Of a stretch of DNA of 64,000 nt, positions 36,380 through 51,300 are shown piece after piece. The translations under genes were made by a program, and so were the position numbers. The stretch lies in assembly GCF_000143415.4 (NCBI RefSeq), contig NW_003314370.1:501629-565628 (forward strand), written 5' to 3'. Origin of the DNA: Selaginella moellendorffii. Lineage: Eukaryota; Plantae; Lycopodiophyta. Below the pieces are notes generated by a model. It was given only the letters and a program-made list of their open reading frames with translations, searched no databases and had not been told where the DNA came from. How positions within the stretch are numbered: the stretch's first letter is position 1; each line of letters begins with the position of its first letter.

Positions 36380-37260
36380 AAAGACTTTCAGCTTGAGCGA
36401 GGCTTTGTTGGTTGTTAGGGATGAAATATTTACTAATCTGTATAATTGGAAGTTAGAGTTGAAAGGAGATATAAACAATTTACATTACCTTGTAATTAAG
36501 AGTGAGGCCACAATGCGTTTTATAAACTTCATTGAGCCTCTGAATTTCGTTTGAATCAACTAGTGGCAAAAATAAAGTACTTCCAAGTGTTGCTAAATCA
36601 CCTAACACACTCATGCTTTTCATAATATTAAAAAATAAAAACTTTGGCATGTATCCAACATATAAATTTACTACAATATGATGATATTGCTCTTCATACT
36701 CCAGATGCATATAGAGCTGTGAAAAATATTTTAGAAATAGAAAATTAAATAGAAAAAAAACATTACCATAGTTACATCCAATGGATTATCAGAAGAAGCA
36801 ATCTTTATTTTAGGAAAAATACTAGTGTTGATTACAACAGCATGTATAGCTTGTGGATAAACTCTAGTAGCCATTAAAGATGATATAGAAGCACCTCTAG
36901 TTGGCTGTAATCTTAGTTTAACATGAAAATCATCTATAATTTGAATGATAGAAGAATCTATAATATAAAGAACTTTTTCTGAAGTTCCATGGTGGTAAAT
37001 TGGGTTTTTCTATCGTTCAACCCATCTGAATTGAGAGAATTATAATCTTGTTAATTTTTTTTAAAAAATTATGAACCTTGTAAGTGAGAAACATTTGCCA
37101 ACCATAAATTTATTATATAATCACGCACATATGGATGAATTGCCATATACAGTTAAAGTTTGCAAGCCATGCCTATCTGTACAATTCATTATATAAGTTA
37201 AATATTTTGCACTTCACAGAGTGTTCTTTGCAAGATGAACTTTATAAGTTCCATACCTAG
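36380..37260 (-). pseudogene. Spliced AT-rich gene fragments of unknown family (longer copy at ~50670-51880)
   Basis: Short open segments bounded by GT/AG, shared between the two repeat units. Confidence 0.4.
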
Positions 37261-38379
37261 GCAAAAAGAAAATAAACACTACAGAAAAAAAAGGATTTCA
37301 AAACCATATATAGATAAAATCTTCAACTCAAGAATCTTGGTTGAATTTACTTTTTCAAATACAAGTGATGCTATAGTGGCTTTTAGGATGGTCAACTTTG
37401 TTCTCTTTGCTTGTGAAACTACAAAACCAAAAAGAAATAAATCAAGAAATACTAAAGAATAAAGAGAAAAACCAAACCTTCATAAGAATTTGTTTTTGTT
37501 GACAAATCCTTAGCGGGTGACGACTGAACAATATCGATAGCACAATCCAAATTTGACATATCTACGTGACTGATTAAATAAAATTACCTCTAGTTAATTT
37601 ATATTAGTAAAAAGAGCCAAAAATAAACTAGACTTCACTTTGAAGAATCAACTTTGAGCTAAAAATTAAAATCCGTCAACTTGCCAAACTTAGGGTTAGG
37701 GTAGACAATAAACCAATTCCGCAGGTGACAAACCTTTTGAACCTTTTCATGTACTGACTCTCCTTGTTGTAAACATCATCCCCAGATACTTATCATCATC
37801 CAAGCTGAAGCTAGAAGCAGCCTGACTCCACTCCTCAGCAGCTACAATCTCCCTCCCTTCGTCCGTTGCTTTAAAAAAGAGGAAGGAATAGGAATAGAAA
37901 GATTGTTTTTTGCATGGATTGTCACTGTCCATCAATTTGCTCTTCCCAATGACTCCTCTTTGAAAAGACTCTCCCTCCTCCACTGATCTTTGTTTTCTAC
38001 CCACTGCCCACTCACATAATAGGGAGCCATACAAAGGAAGATCTAAGCTCCATCTATGGATGCATTCCAGGTTAATTGATTGATTCTGGGCAATCAATCA
38101 GTACTGCTGTGGTGGGTTTCTGATCCTGGATCATGGCTCTCAGCTCAAACCTCCAGGGAGAGGCAATCCTCAATCAATTCACTAGTTTAACATGATTTTC
38201 TTGACGCTTGCCAAGGACAAGAGCAATCCATTGGAGCCAGTGGAGAATGCAGCGGTTGGGAACGACGATAGCATCGTGATTGATCTTGAGGGGACCATAC
38301 TCAAATCCCCAAGTTAGTTTCAATACTTCATGCTTGTCGCAATTGAGGCTAGGAGCCCCTTATGAGCGCTTATATATAC

Positions 38380-38513
38380 TTAATTATAAAAGCAGGTATA
38401 TTAATTGGGGTTTAAACCCTTGTTTATATACAAGAATGAATGAACCAAATTTAGTCCCAAATAAACGGTCCATATGCTTTAGTACTATAATAGTGTATTA
38501 TCTAGGCAGGATA

Positions 38514-38558
<45 letters not shown>

Positions 38559-39316
38559 AACCTTACACCATCCTCCTTTCCGGAAGATGAATAAAGTGAT
38601 CAGGTGGAACATTCAAAACTTTTGTTAGACTATTATAAATTACCACAAGAATTTGAAACTCCCACAAAACTGGTAACAAAGTTACTGACAACCATGACTA
38701 AAACAAAATCCAAAGCCATCATATAAGCATTAGTCAACTATAAAATTACGATAAATCAATTGTAACTTCGTGTGCAATAGCTAAATGCTTAAACCAACTT
38801 TGAAGCTATAACTTTAAACCAAAATAATCACACCTTACAACACTAAAAGCTCAATCTAATGGAGTAACATTTATAGCCTCAAGTGACATATTCTTTGATT
38901 AATGACAATGTCGCATGGTAAAAGAAGAAAATGTAATGAAGATTAAAGGAAAGAATAAATAACCTTAAATAACATACTCCTTGATTGATAACAACTTAGC
39001 ATGGTAAAAGAAGAAAATGCAATGAAGATTAAAAGAAAGAGTAAATTTAAGCACAACAATAGCTAAAATTCTAGAACTTGCAAAAAGTTAATACAAATTT
39101 AAATCTAAAAAATAATGAAGAAATAAAAATAAAAAACATGATCCCAAATACTAGAGCAAACATTGCCAAAAACCTCTGCCCGTCAAGGATAAATTGCAGT
39201 GCCTTTCATCTCCACTAATGTGAGTGTTTAGGATATAAAAATAAATATATTAATTAGGGTTTAAACCCTTACTTATATACAAGAATGAATTTAGTCCTAA
39301 ATAGATGGTTTATAGT
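38380..39316 (-). mobile_element. TRIM-like non-autonomous LTR element with (TA)n in the 3' LTR
   Basis: Direct repeats TATTAATT(G/A)GGGTTTAAACCCTT..TATATACAAGAATGAAT at ~38398 and ~39247. Minus-strand CACTCACA followed by TTAGTGGAGATG (PBS). PPT GGAAAGGAGGA. Confidence 0.7.
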
Positions 39317-40005
39317 CTAAAAGATTCCAAATGTTTCTCTTATTTGCTTGAATCATAGGATGATCTTTAAGTTCATTTGCTTCTTCTTCTGGTTTTCCAG
39401 CTTCTTTGCTTTGAGCGCAACTTAGAAGGATTAGCAGTTTTCGCTTTCAGGACGGGTGGTGTGTCTCTCATCGTGCATTTGTGGCGGCGGTAAGGCTTTT
39501 CCAGACTTGTGGATGGTAAAGAGAAAGCCAGCCACGCCATAGCCAAGCCAGCACTCGTATACCAGGTTAAAGAGGTCTGTCACTGATAATAGATGGATCC
39601 AGAGGGAGAGAGAGAGAGAGAGCAGTGGCATCCAACGCCCTTTCAATCAAGCCATCCATCCAAAGTTCTATAATGCTCCACCACGCTGATCTTGGATCTC
39701 GCCATGGTTACACGCCAGTTGCTCGAGTCATGGCGAGCGAGAGTTTTTGCATTGTGGGGTCACGAAAAACTTCCTTTTTTTTGTCGTCGCGAGTTGACTG
39801 CCTGGAAGTTGAAAGGATCGAAAGCTCTCTCGTCGTGGATAGCATAGATTTCTAGTGTTTTTTCTTCACACTTTCTCGTCGGATCCATGGCGGTGGTGGC
39901 GCTGTTGCATTGAGCGATCGAGAGCTGCTCTCGCTAATGGGTCATCGAAGAACCCGATCTCTAGCGAGGAAAAGTGAGGATAGATTGGCGGAAGCAAGAC
40001 TGGAT

Positions 40006-40830
40006 ATGGTGGTGGTGATGGTGTTCTTCCTTTCCCTGGCTTTACCCGTTGAGAGCTCCGAGAACGATGATGTGCTGGGACTCATCGTCTTCAAGGCGGA
40101 TCTTCACGACCCACGACGAGCGCTGGCCTCCTGGAGCGAGGATTCGGCGAGCCCGCGTAACTGGACCGGGATCCAGTGTAGCCCACAATCCGGGACAGTC
40201 ACCCAAGTCACGCTCGATGGCCTGGAGCTCTCGGGACCGCTGGGACGGGGCCTCCTCAAGCTCGACCACCTCCAGGTGCTCTCGCTCGCCAGGAACAATC
40301 TCTCCGCGGATTCGCGTGCTCGAATCCTTGCGAAACCTGAGCTTGAGCCACAACGCTCTCTCGGGTCCCCTCCCTGGAGCCAGCCTCGCCAGTTTGGAGC
40401 TCCGGGAGTGTGCCCACCCGAGCTCTTCGCCCATTGGTCCAAGTCCCTGAGGTACGTGTTTCTGCAGCTCGAGGGCGATCTCCCGGACTCCATCGCCAGC
40501 TGCGAGAGCTTGGAAGCTCTGGGAGCGTCCGAGAACCGGCTCTCGGGCTCCATCCCAGCCGGAGTTGGATCGCTGTCCCGGCTGAGCTCCCTCGACCTCT
40601 CGCACAACTCGTTGAGCGGGGAGATCCCTCCGGAGCTTGGCCAGTGTCAAATGCTGGTGAGCTTGGATCTGAGCTACAACCTCCTGTCCGGAGAAATCCC
40701 GTCCTTCCTCGAGAGCTTGTCGCGGCTGGAAGTTCTTCGCTTGCCTGGGAACTCTTTCTCTGGTGGCGTGCCCGAGTGGATCGTCCGGAGCTCCAGGAGC
40801 TCAACCTCGCGGAGAACGATCTCCGGGTGA
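40006..40830 (+). pseudogene. Truncated IRK/PXC2-like LRR receptor kinase ectodomain (copy 2, uninterrupted)
   Basis: Signal peptide, NDDVLGLIVFKADLHDP..LASW, LDGLELSGPLGRGLL, several LRRs with internal frameshifts. No TM or kinase domain. Confidence 0.88.
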
Positions 40831-41264
40831 TAGATTCATGCGGAAAAGATTGTCGATAGGACCACGTAGGGCTGGATAATGGCGTGTCAAAATATACGCT
40901 TATTGCTGCGCTTTGTGGAGGATTAGATTCTTCCATGGAATTATTTGAAGATTTTGGGGAATTGGCAAGCAAGGTTCCCAGTCCACTGGATTGAAAGTGG
41001 CAGCGATGGCTAATTCGCGTCTAGCTTCTCTCTTTATCGCTGGCACGGATGGCCACGGACTCCAATACTTTATATATTTTGGCTTTTTACCATTTTTTGG
41101 AGCTCCTTTAATAAAAAGTGTTCAAGTAATAAAAGGCCCTTATTTGTCACGATCATAAATTACATTCCTTCAATTCCATATGCATTTGAACAGTATCAAG
41201 AATATTCCTCTAAAAAGGGCGAAGTTCCTTATATAAAGCCCTACACCCAACGCTACAGCGATGT

Positions 41265-41897
41265 ATGGCACAATTAGAAGCTCAACACGTTGACAAGGTA
41301 GGCAAGCCGACTTTGATCCTCGACTTGGACGGCACACTGATTGCAACGTCTCGGCAAGCGGGGCTACACGCGAAGCTCGATTTTGTGGTGGAGTTTGATC
41401 CTCAAGAACAGCCCGTCTGGGTTTGCAAGCGCCCTGGTCTGGATGATTTCCTCAGCAAAGCATCGCAGCTTTTCGAGGTGGTGGTGTTCAGCCTGGGGAA
41501 GAGAGCGTACGTGGAGAAGATGCGGGAGAAGATCGATCCCAGTGGCTCGCTGGTGGCGTTTTGGCTGTCCAGGGACTCTTGCAGTGGCAGTGATGCCATC
41601 AAGGAGTACAAGGACTTGAACAGCCCGAGCTTTGGGAGGGATTTGCGCAGGGTGGTGTGGGTGGATGATTTCCGGGATTCTTTCCGAATGAACCTGGAGA
41701 GCGGGATTGTGGTGCCAATGTTTCGGAACAGCAGCAGTGGCAACGATCGGGTGCTCATGGATTTGTGGCCGCATCTGGAAACACTTGCAACTTATGGGCC
41801 TGATGTGGATGTGAGGGCTGCTCTGCTCTCACTGCCGCTCCCTCTGCTCGAATCCAACCTTGCCAGGGCAATCAGTCGCCCCAAGCTGTGCATGTAA
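41265..41897 (+). CDS. NIF/FCP1-SCP-type HAD phosphatase (copy 2)
   Basis: Protein identical to 28379-29011. Confidence 0.92.
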   Translation: MAQLEAQHVDKVGKPTLILDLDGTLIATSRQAGLHAKLDFVVEFDPQEQPVWVCKRPGLDDFLSKASQLFEVVVFSLGKRAYVEKMREKIDPSGSLVAFWLSRDSCSGSDAIKEYKDLNSPSFGRDLRRVVWVDDFRDSFRMNLESGIVVPMFRNSSSGNDRVLMDLWPHLETLATYGPDVDVRAALLSLPLPLLESNLARAISRPKLCM

Positions 41898-42539
41898 TCC
41901 TACTGTGGTTATATATGATAAAAAGCTATGCCACGCAGAATCTTACAAGGCCGAGCAAAGCATGGCATGTAGAGGGGAGAAAATCGGAAGGAAAGGGTGT
42001 GGCTCGTTTCTCGATATGCTTGCTTGTGAAACTCTTTAATCCTTTTTGCTTCTCGTACACTGCTAGAGTAGAAGAGAGGAGCAGGATGCCGCACGGGGTC
42101 TTTTGTACGAGAGAGACAGCTCCGGCGACAAGAGATGTGAGGGGACTGCTTCTTCACAATCACTTGACATCTTTTCAAGTTCCTGATTCTGCTCGGTTCC
42201 TTGTCCCCGAGATCCATGGAGCGGGGGCTGGAATTGGCTGTGTCATTGTGCAGTCTCTTCATCTTACAGCATTTGCCCAGAGGCGGGATCCGGTGCGACG
42301 AAGCTGGTAAGGATCCAATCTTCCCTGTACATGTCACTCGCAAGACTGAAAATACCACGAAGCCCGCGCGTTCCGATCTGACCTGTTTCTCTTTTTTGCC
42401 CCTTGGTTTCAGTCACGACGGATGCCGCGCGGGGCCGCGCTGCACGGGCTACGGGCTGGACGGGCGGCAGTGACGTGCGTCACTTTTGCGCGTTGGCATA
42501 TTTCTAGGGAGCGTGGGTATATTCCTTCTTGTGCAAGCG

Positions 42540-45010
42540 ATGGCGCCGGGAGCAAGCGCTGACGATCGCGCTCGGGGCGAAGGCGATGGTGCTCCGGGCG
42601 ACGGCGATCGGGATGCCGTGGCTCTGGACATTGGTAATGTGCTTAGCAGCATTTCTTTGTTCCTCATCCTCATGGATCCATGTTTTGGTCTGTCCAGGGG
42701 TCTCTATGGTCCGGGTCGCGCGTTTCTTGCCGACTCCCATGGCGGGATCGGATCTCCCCTGCCGTGGAGGCTACCTCGAGCTCAAAGAATTCTCGACAAT
42801 CCGTGAGTGTCTTGACGCGCTGCAATCCCAAGGCATCACAACGATTAAGGTCTCTAGCTCATTGAATTTTCTCGCCTCGTAGCATTTGCCATTACACAGG
42901 CCACGGGGGAGGGGGTTTTCCGGCACTCCCGCATCTTCGAAGAGCACTTGGGCATTCAACTGGAAATCCTACCCGACATGGAGTGCTTAGTAGCAGGAGC
43001 AACGTTCATGCTACAGGACGCAAAAAATCAGCAGGAACATCCTTTATTCCCGTTCCTGCTCGTCAACTTTGGCACAGGCGTGAACATGATCAAGGTCAGG
43101 GGTCTTTCTCCACAAAAGTAGCTCCACAAAAGAAGCTAACGTGAACCTACAGGTGGAAGGCCATAATGTTTTCAAAAGAGTTTCGGGCACGACCATAGGT
43201 GGCGGTGCACTGCGCGGCCTCTCATCGCTTGCAACTTCCTGTCAAAGGTGAAACAGCAATATTCTAATGTTAACATGAAATTTTTTTGGTGTTTTTTTCT
43301 AGTTTTCAAAGCTTTTTGGACTTGTGCTCCAATGGAGAAAGTACTGGAGTGGATTTGCTCGTCACAGATATGCATGGGACCACGTCAACAGAGGTAAGAA
43401 CAGTGTTTTTTTTATCTAAACGTTATTCTTTTCTTTTTTACCAATAGGCCAAGCTCCCGCACTCGGCCATAGCTGCGAGTCTTGGAAAATTGAGCTGGGG
43501 TGAATCCACAGGGCATTGGCGAGAGGAGGACATTGCTATGTCACTCCTTCGGATGATAGTGAACAACATCTCCCAGATAGCTTCGCTCACCGCTGCCGGA
43601 CAGAACGTGAAGAAGACTGTGTTCACCGGAAGCTTTTTGCGTGGCCCCGTGGTAAACGTGCTGAGATCTGCGATGCAGTTCTGGTCTCCGGCAGCACAGC
43701 CAGTTTTCCTCCACAGCGATTACCTCAAAACGGCCGGTGCATTCTTGGCAGGGCCTCGGTGTTGCTCCACTCCTCCCATGACTAAAAAGGTACATTCCAT
43801 TTTTGGCTACACACAACGATTGCGTTACTCCTCCTCCAGGGATACACTCCTCCTCATTTGAGGAGGGCACCGGAGCCACTTTCAGCTGCAACCAAGGATG
43901 AGCTGAGCTCAACATTGCTCAATGCCGCGCGATGCCTCAAGGCGTCCGGAGTAAGCGTTTGTTTTGAGTTGTCACAGTGTTTCTCTAATTGTATGTGTAG
44001 GATTTGTCGGAGAGGACGTTTAATTACATTGTCAAGGATCTCTGCGGCGGTGAGCTGGGAACAAAGCACATCAACACCAAGTTCAATGAAGAATTCACGT
44101 TGATCAAACAGCTTGGAAGAGGTGCTGACGGTGTGGTTTACATGTGCCGACACAAGTTTGACGGACAAGTGTACGCGGTAAAGCAGGTGAGCTTGGAGTG
44201 TATGTCATGAACCAAAGCTCTCTAATCTATGCTTTGCAGATCCATGTCCGGAAAGACCTTGAGAGTGTCATGAAGGAAGCAAGAACACTTTCAACTCTGG
44301 CTCATGCAAACATTGTGAAATATCATACTTCTTGGTGGGAGGAGCAGCCTGGTGGGGGTTGTGTGGTGTACATCCAAATGCAATACTGCACGAGGTACCA
44401 GTGTGTAAAATCTTTCCCTTTTTTTTTTTTTTTTTTCCTTTTTTCGAGCTGACAAGCCATTTTTACAGCTCGTTAAAAGATATGCTGGAAGATCCAAAAG
44501 CCTTGATCCCGGTGGCAGCGTTCAACGAGCTCGTTCAAGCTGTTGAGTACCTGCATGAAAAAAAAATCATTCACAGAGACATCGCTCCGAAGAATATCTT
44601 TTTCGACGACTATAATCGCCTGAAACTGGGAGATTTCGGGCTGGGTACGTAGTTTTCTAGTTTCCTCCTTGCCAGAGGTTCTCATATTTATTTTTCCAGC
44701 GAAGAAGAAGTTGTCGCTCCCGAGAGAGGGTGGGAAAGTTGGGACAGGCATGTACTCCTCGCCAAAGCAACTCGAGAATGAGATGGCTTCCGATATTTTC
44801 AGCCTGGGGATGATACTTTTCGAGCTCAATTGCCGCTTCTCACCCGAGAACCAAGACAGAGACTCCACGATGCAGCTGGCTAAGGATGGCATCTTCCCAA
44901 AGGAGTGGGAAATTGCAAACCAGGAATTGGCAGAGAAGATTCGGAGCATGCTACATCCAAACAGGAGCCTCAGGCCGACAGCCAGCCAGATCCTGGCTTC
45001 TCTCCCGTAG
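42540..45010 (+). CDS. PanK-like / eIF2-alpha-kinase-like fusion (copy 2)
   Basis: Same exons as copy 1 shifted by +12,886. All ORF-track translations are identical. Confidence 0.85.
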
Positions 45011-45575
45011 AAACAACATTCCATTAGAGAATGTAATGGACCTCAGTCCCACTTTCTCACCTCCGCGGGCTAATGGCTGTCCCCTGGTGCTAGGCTCATT
45101 CTCCACCGATCAACTTCAAGCTTCCAGCAAAATGGAATGCTTTCTCGAGGTCAAAAACCAGATCAACGACCGGTGTGAAGACCAAAGACGACCGGAGACC
45201 ACGTTGGCCTCTACCCAAATGGTTGCTTCTACAATTGCATGCATGATCCATGCAATTTTGGCTCGCCTCGCTAGAGCTTGCACTGCAGCAAAAGGTGGCG
45301 GAGAGGTTGCAAAACCTTTGGCCACCACTTATTTTGAGAAAATGAGAATAAGCACACACTCAAATTTGAATAGATAAAGCTTGATCACTAACACTGCAAC
45401 ATGTTGATAAGTTATGCTACCAAAGTAGAAAATTAAAAGGCATACATGCAATTGTCATCCACAAATCATTGCCCAGTGGGATTGGAAGAAGTGGTATGGC
45501 AATTCCTTGCAGATTTAACAAAATTTATGCTAGAAATTATTGTGAATAAGTTTTTTGGACAAAAGAGAGTTGAAT

Positions 45576-48330
45576 CTAGTAAATAAAATTGCTGTGTGTT
45601 GCATTGCATGGTTTGCTTTTGTTTTTATATTTTTTATTAGGATGTATAATTTGTTATGATCTGTCCAATATGCAGGTCCTATTCCTGCTTTTGTATATAT
45701 TATATCTTTTATCCATATATGATCTATTAATTTATTATTACATGTGTTGTGCTTTATTATTTATATGCATCCTTCTTTCTCCATTATTGTTCGAAGTGGT
45801 TTTGCTTCTTCTTTTTGGTAGTCAATATTGAAATCTCCTGTAATTATTACTGGCTTTTTATTATCTATTTTCTGTATATATTTTTGTAGTTGTTTTATGA
45901 ATATTTGTATATTTGTTCCAGGTTTTCTATGTAAATTTTTTATCTTTAATTTTTAAATTTTTTTTTCTAGTGATACATATGACATTGCCAATGTTTCTGT
46001 TTTTAGATGTTCTATGATTTATAGTCATTTGTATGCAATGTTCATGTATATATGATTTATATTTATTAAAATTTAAATCCTCATGTTTTTGTGTTCTTAC
46101 TTCTTGCATACATATCATATCTGATGTTAATAATTGTGAATCACTCTCTATATCGTCTTTATGTGCAGTAATAGATGTTGTATTTAGAACTTGTATAATT
46201 GTTTGGTTAGCTATTTTTTCTTCTTGTAAATCTATTAAATCAATTTGCCATAGTGCTTCTGTTGTCATTCTTAATATTTCTTTAGCTGCATCTTTATTGA
46301 TTTTAATATGTTTATGTTCAATTGGTCTATATAAATGTATACCTTTTAGTGTTTGTGCTCTTGATAATGCTGTATATGCTTGTCCTAGATATTTTGTTTT
46401 ATATGAGTCATATCCTAATTGCATAACTGTTGATCCTTGTGCTCTATGTGTTGTTCTTCTTGCGCATGGTTGTACTGGAAATTGGGTTCTACTTATAACA
46501 TAATTTTTATTTTTAGTAATATTTATTATTCTTGTTTTTTTTATTGGTGTCCAGTTTTTTTTTTCATTATTTTGGTTTATTGTTATGTTTTCTTTAGCTC
46601 TTGTTTTTTCACCTGTTTTTATATTTGGGAATTCTATCCACATTATTTGTTTTTCTTCAATCTGGGTTACATCTTGTACTACTCCATTTGCTCCATTTAC
46701 TAATCCATCTTTTGTTGTTGTATTTTGTGTTATTTCAATTGCCATGTTGTTTTTTCAAATGTAATATTTCATGTAGTCCTTGTGTTTTTTTTGTGTTATC
46801 TGGCAGCATGAAATGTGTAGGACAGGAATTTCCATGTTTGTCTTGTGCTTTTATAATTATATCTTGACTTTTTGTTGTATTGTTTTTTCATTATGTGTTT
46901 TTACTTGTTCATTAGTTGCAAATATCGAATAGTATTCTGTGTTATATGTATCTGTGGTGACTTGTTTCTTTATATATTCTAGCTCTTTATCTGTTTGTTC
47001 TCATATTTTTATTTTATTTAAAGCTTTTATAAAGATTATATCATCTTTTTGCCTCATTATTTTAGTAAGTTCATAAACTTTAATATTATTTTTCCATGGG
47101 TGGTATATAGAGACATTATTTTCAGGTCCATATGTTTTTGTTGAATAAATTGGTGCTTCAAATATATGATTGAATTGATAGAAATCACTTGTAAATAAAC
47201 AATCCATCCCACCAAAGTTTATTCCATATGTTGTTTTGAAACTTTCACATCTTCTACTTATATCTTGTAGCATTTCTGCACTTACCATTGATATTTTATC
47301 TATTACTAAACAATTTATTATTGAAAACTTTCTCTTATATTTATCTAATGTGTCATTTGTTAATATTGTTTGACGTTGTTTTGATGCTTATGGTCGAAAT
47401 ATAAAAGCTGAATGTATTGTTGAACCATTTATATTACAAACTACTTTCCTGTAGGTGGTGTTATTAATACTGTTTGTCGTGGTTCATTATTTATATCTTG
47501 GTTTATCATTTGAGTGCTTTTATAAGTGTATTTAAAAGCATTAATTTTCCAATTTCTACTCTTGTTAAAAATAAGCACAGCTGTTTGTTAGGTTTTTTTA
47601 TTTTTTTCAATATGAAGTTATCATGTATTATTCTTTGCTTTTTATTTAGAGTTCTTAATAATTGGTGATATTTAATAGTTTCTATAAGGTATTCATCTTG
47701 TATTATAATTTTTGTATTTGTTAATATTTATATTTTATATTTAAATTTAAGTTTTTTTATTTTTTATTTGAAATAAATCTTTCCCTATATCAAATTCATT
47801 TGTTTGGTTTGTATTTATTTCTTGTATATATTGTGCTTGTTCTTTTAATATTTTATTTGCTTCTTGTTCTGGATTCTCCCAATTAAATTCACTCTCATTT
47901 GTTGCTTTTTTATATATGTATTGATATTGTTTTTCATTTATTTGTTCCATATTTTGCTTCATATGAATTCATATATTTTGTGTATATTTCTTTAAGATCT
48001 TCTTCTTTTCTAAATTTTTTATGTAAGATTAATCTTTCAAAAGCCCATTTTCTGGATCTTTTTCTTTACTAAAGTTTATATATTTAATTATATTGTTTTT
48101 TTAATGTTTTTGTGTTGTTAATTATTTTTCAATTATATATTCAGTTGTTATCTCTGCTAATGTTAAATCTTCTAATTCTTTATGTTTTTCTTTGGATATG
48201 TTAATAGTTTTTATTTGCTCATTTTTATTCTTTCTTGATAAATAATAGTATCTAGAAACAATTTGCTGCTCAGTTAAATCAATATTAATATTTTATTTTA
48301 GTTATTTTGCTTTTTTATTTGCAAATCCTT
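45576..48330 (-). mobile_element. Helitron-type PIF1 helicase plus EEP endonuclease (copy 2, least decayed)
   Basis: ORF 45927-46745 reads from helicase motifs (THRAQGST, GQAYTALSR) in frame into the endonuclease (VLNTTSI..ICMQEV). FGGMD..DFYQF upstream. Confidence 0.88.
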
Positions 48331-51300
48331 GAATTGATAACAATTTTGCATCTAGAAGTTCTGCCATTCAAATTTTTTCTTTGTCATAATTTTTCCCTTT
48401 ATACTTAAATGCCATTATTGCCCTTAATGTCCTTACACCCACCGGATATATGGGTGCATCAAGATTAATTTTCTCTAAGATTGTTTAAAGAGATTCAACA
48501 ATCGAACCGAATGAACTATTTTTAGCCTAATTTCAGTAAGTAATAATTCTCTATCTTTCAATCAATAGCTTTGTGAGGGTTGTTAATTGATAATCTAGAC
48601 CAGTAGAAACAATCAAAAATCTTTTACTTACTTTTCAATGTTATTCCTTTGAAAGCCATTTATGCCCTAAAGCTATATTAAATTTTTATTTAAAAGGGCC
48701 TAAAATGGGATTATCTCTTGCGATGAGAGAAACGTGAGCACAAGTACTAGACTCATGCATTCTTAAGTAATTGACTGCCTGCTCGATTGTATTATTTTTA
48801 GATCTCTTTCTTTTGGGTTAACGCCACTATCTCGCATGGATTCTGGGGCCTTGCTGCTTGAGCATCTGAATGGATCATGCAGTAGGAGATTTCTGAGGGA
48901 TACCTTCAAAAAGAGGGTTAATGCTTTGTAAATCCTCAAGATTCCTCAGAAAAATGAGTTATGAAAGAAAGAACTTTATCAAAACAAGGTGACATTTTCT
49001 TTTTGTAAGTCTTTTAGGAGTGGTCTTTGTCTTCTTTACACTACACCAAGTCGAAGGATTGCATAGGGCATTGGATATGGAGGTGTGTGATCGTCTCTCC
49101 TTGTTTTTTCTTTCTTCCTTTCGTTTTTCCTTTTCATTCACATAAGCTCCCATAGGATAAGAAGCTCTTGAGTAACATTGTGGCTTTGTTAGTTTTTGTA
49201 GCTGGTTTATAAGGTTTGGATTTAGTACTTTGCCACTGGAAACATAGAGTCTTTGCAAATACAAATGTAGGGACAGTGTCGTCTAGAATCCTGTGAGACA
49301 ACAACTCCTCCAGCACCTTAAACTTCTACTTCTGACCAGAGAGAAGATTTTCATCACTACAAATCTGTAGTGAAAGCATCTTCAAGCTCTATTGATAGTG
49401 GCGGCCCTGGACAAGGTAGTTGAGTCCAAAGAAAGTTGTTTAAAATGTTGAGCGAGATATCTTTGGCTTGATGTTTTCACTTTACAGGGTTGGCTAAGGA
49501 AAACTTCACACATCCAATGACAAGTCTCTAAAAAGTCAGTGGACTCAAAGATGGTTTGAAGTAGTTTATAACTTTATTTCTCGTTGGGACATTTTTTTTA
49601 TATACCTTGATGCAAGTTCTACTTGAAAGGATTTCTTTTGAGCTACAACAAGGTAGAGGAGAGCTCAATATCACCAGATTGGATATCCAGGGCTAAGAAC
49701 CAAAGCAAACCTTTGATGTATGTGTGCGTTATTTCTTCTAAGCTGCTTTGTTTTTTTTTTGTAAGCTATCCAGTAGGATCCAGTAGGAGCACGGTCATTC
49801 AGAACCCTCACTGGGGTGACAAGAGCCTTAATTTAGCAAATTGCAAGCTCAATGATAAAGAGATGTCAAAGATACAAGGATTTTTAGTGACCATGTCCAT
49901 GTCTCTAAAGGTCACCCTTGAAAGACGTGACTTTAGCATAAGTATAAAGTAGTCGCAATGTGAAATGCTATCGCTATTAGTATTTTGTTGACGCTACAGG
50001 AGAATATAATTCGAGGAAAAAGGTGCATACCATGAAGTTTTGCTGCTAATGGTATGCTTTCTAGATCCTCTCCGCTAGACAGCTTCTTCATGCTTTTCAA
50101 ATTCGAGTCCTAGCTCAAATTTTTGATTGCCATAGTGATTTTGACCATGGCTTTTCCAACCCTTTTGTCAAGAGCACTACAAGAGCATAGACGGCTTCAA
50201 ACATCTAGTTCAAACAAATCAGCAACAAACTTGAAATTTGGAATTGCTCGTGGCTCAAGCTCTTTCACATTCATTTCCTTGCGCACTTACTACAAGATGG
50301 GGTTTAGCATCTAGTACAGAAAGCAATACACTATATCCTTCACCCAACTTCTCTGAAGTCCTCAAGGAACTCCCTATCCGGGTGCACAATGATCATTTTC
50401 CTAGATTCTAGTGTTAGGCATACAATGTTAAAGTGGTAGATTACCTGAGAAGGGCTTTCAGAGGCAACTTGTGTTTCTTGCGTATTAGTTCTCTTGCGAA
50501 TTTTAGGTTATTGTGCAATGCAATTAGTAGCAATCTTATGAGTCGTCCATAGGATTGCTATTTTGTGTGCTTTGAAATCTAGAAATTGTTAAGAGAAGCA
50601 CTACAAAATTTCACAAATAGATATTTATATTATAGAGAAAGCAATTGAAAAATAGACAAAAGACAAGTGTATCTATTTCTGGTTGTTGGCAATTTCCATG
50701 GCTGAATTATTTGGTGTCTCAAAATGGACAATAATATTTGCCTCATTCAATAGAAAGAACCTTGTTGGTTTTGAAGACAGATAAATAACAATCTTTTCTA
50801 GGGACTCCGTAGCAAACTTGACTATAGACCCTTCATCCAAATTATAAATTTTATCCACCATTTTATCATGCACTGTAACTCTATACTCCATCATGTCATT
50901 TGATATAATAGAACTAGTTATTGTAACTGATTTATGAGGGATGGAACATGCTTTACACTTTGTGCAAACAACAAAAGCATCTTCCCTCTCCTCTAACGTT
51001 GTGAACGAGCAAAATAAGCAAAGACTTTTAGCTTGAGTGAGGCTTTGTTGGTTGTCAGGGATAAAATATTCACTAATCTGTATAATTGGAAGTTAGAGTT
51101 GAAAGGAGATATAAACAATTTACATTACCTTGTAAGTAGGAGTGAGGCCACAGTGCATTTTATAAACTTCATTGAGCCTCTAAATTTCGTTTGAATCAAC
51201 TAGTGGCAAAAATAAAATACTTCCAAGTGTTGCTAAATCACCTAACACACTCATGCTTTTCATAATATTAAAAAATGAAAAATTTGGCATGTATCAACAT

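Noticed and set aside
39910-40830. 306-aa ORF as a functional receptor-like protein
   Set aside because: LRR consensus switches frames internally, a cap Cys is lost (PRNW versus PCNW), and there is no TM or kinase domain. Treated as a pseudogene, although a secreted truncated product cannot be excluded.
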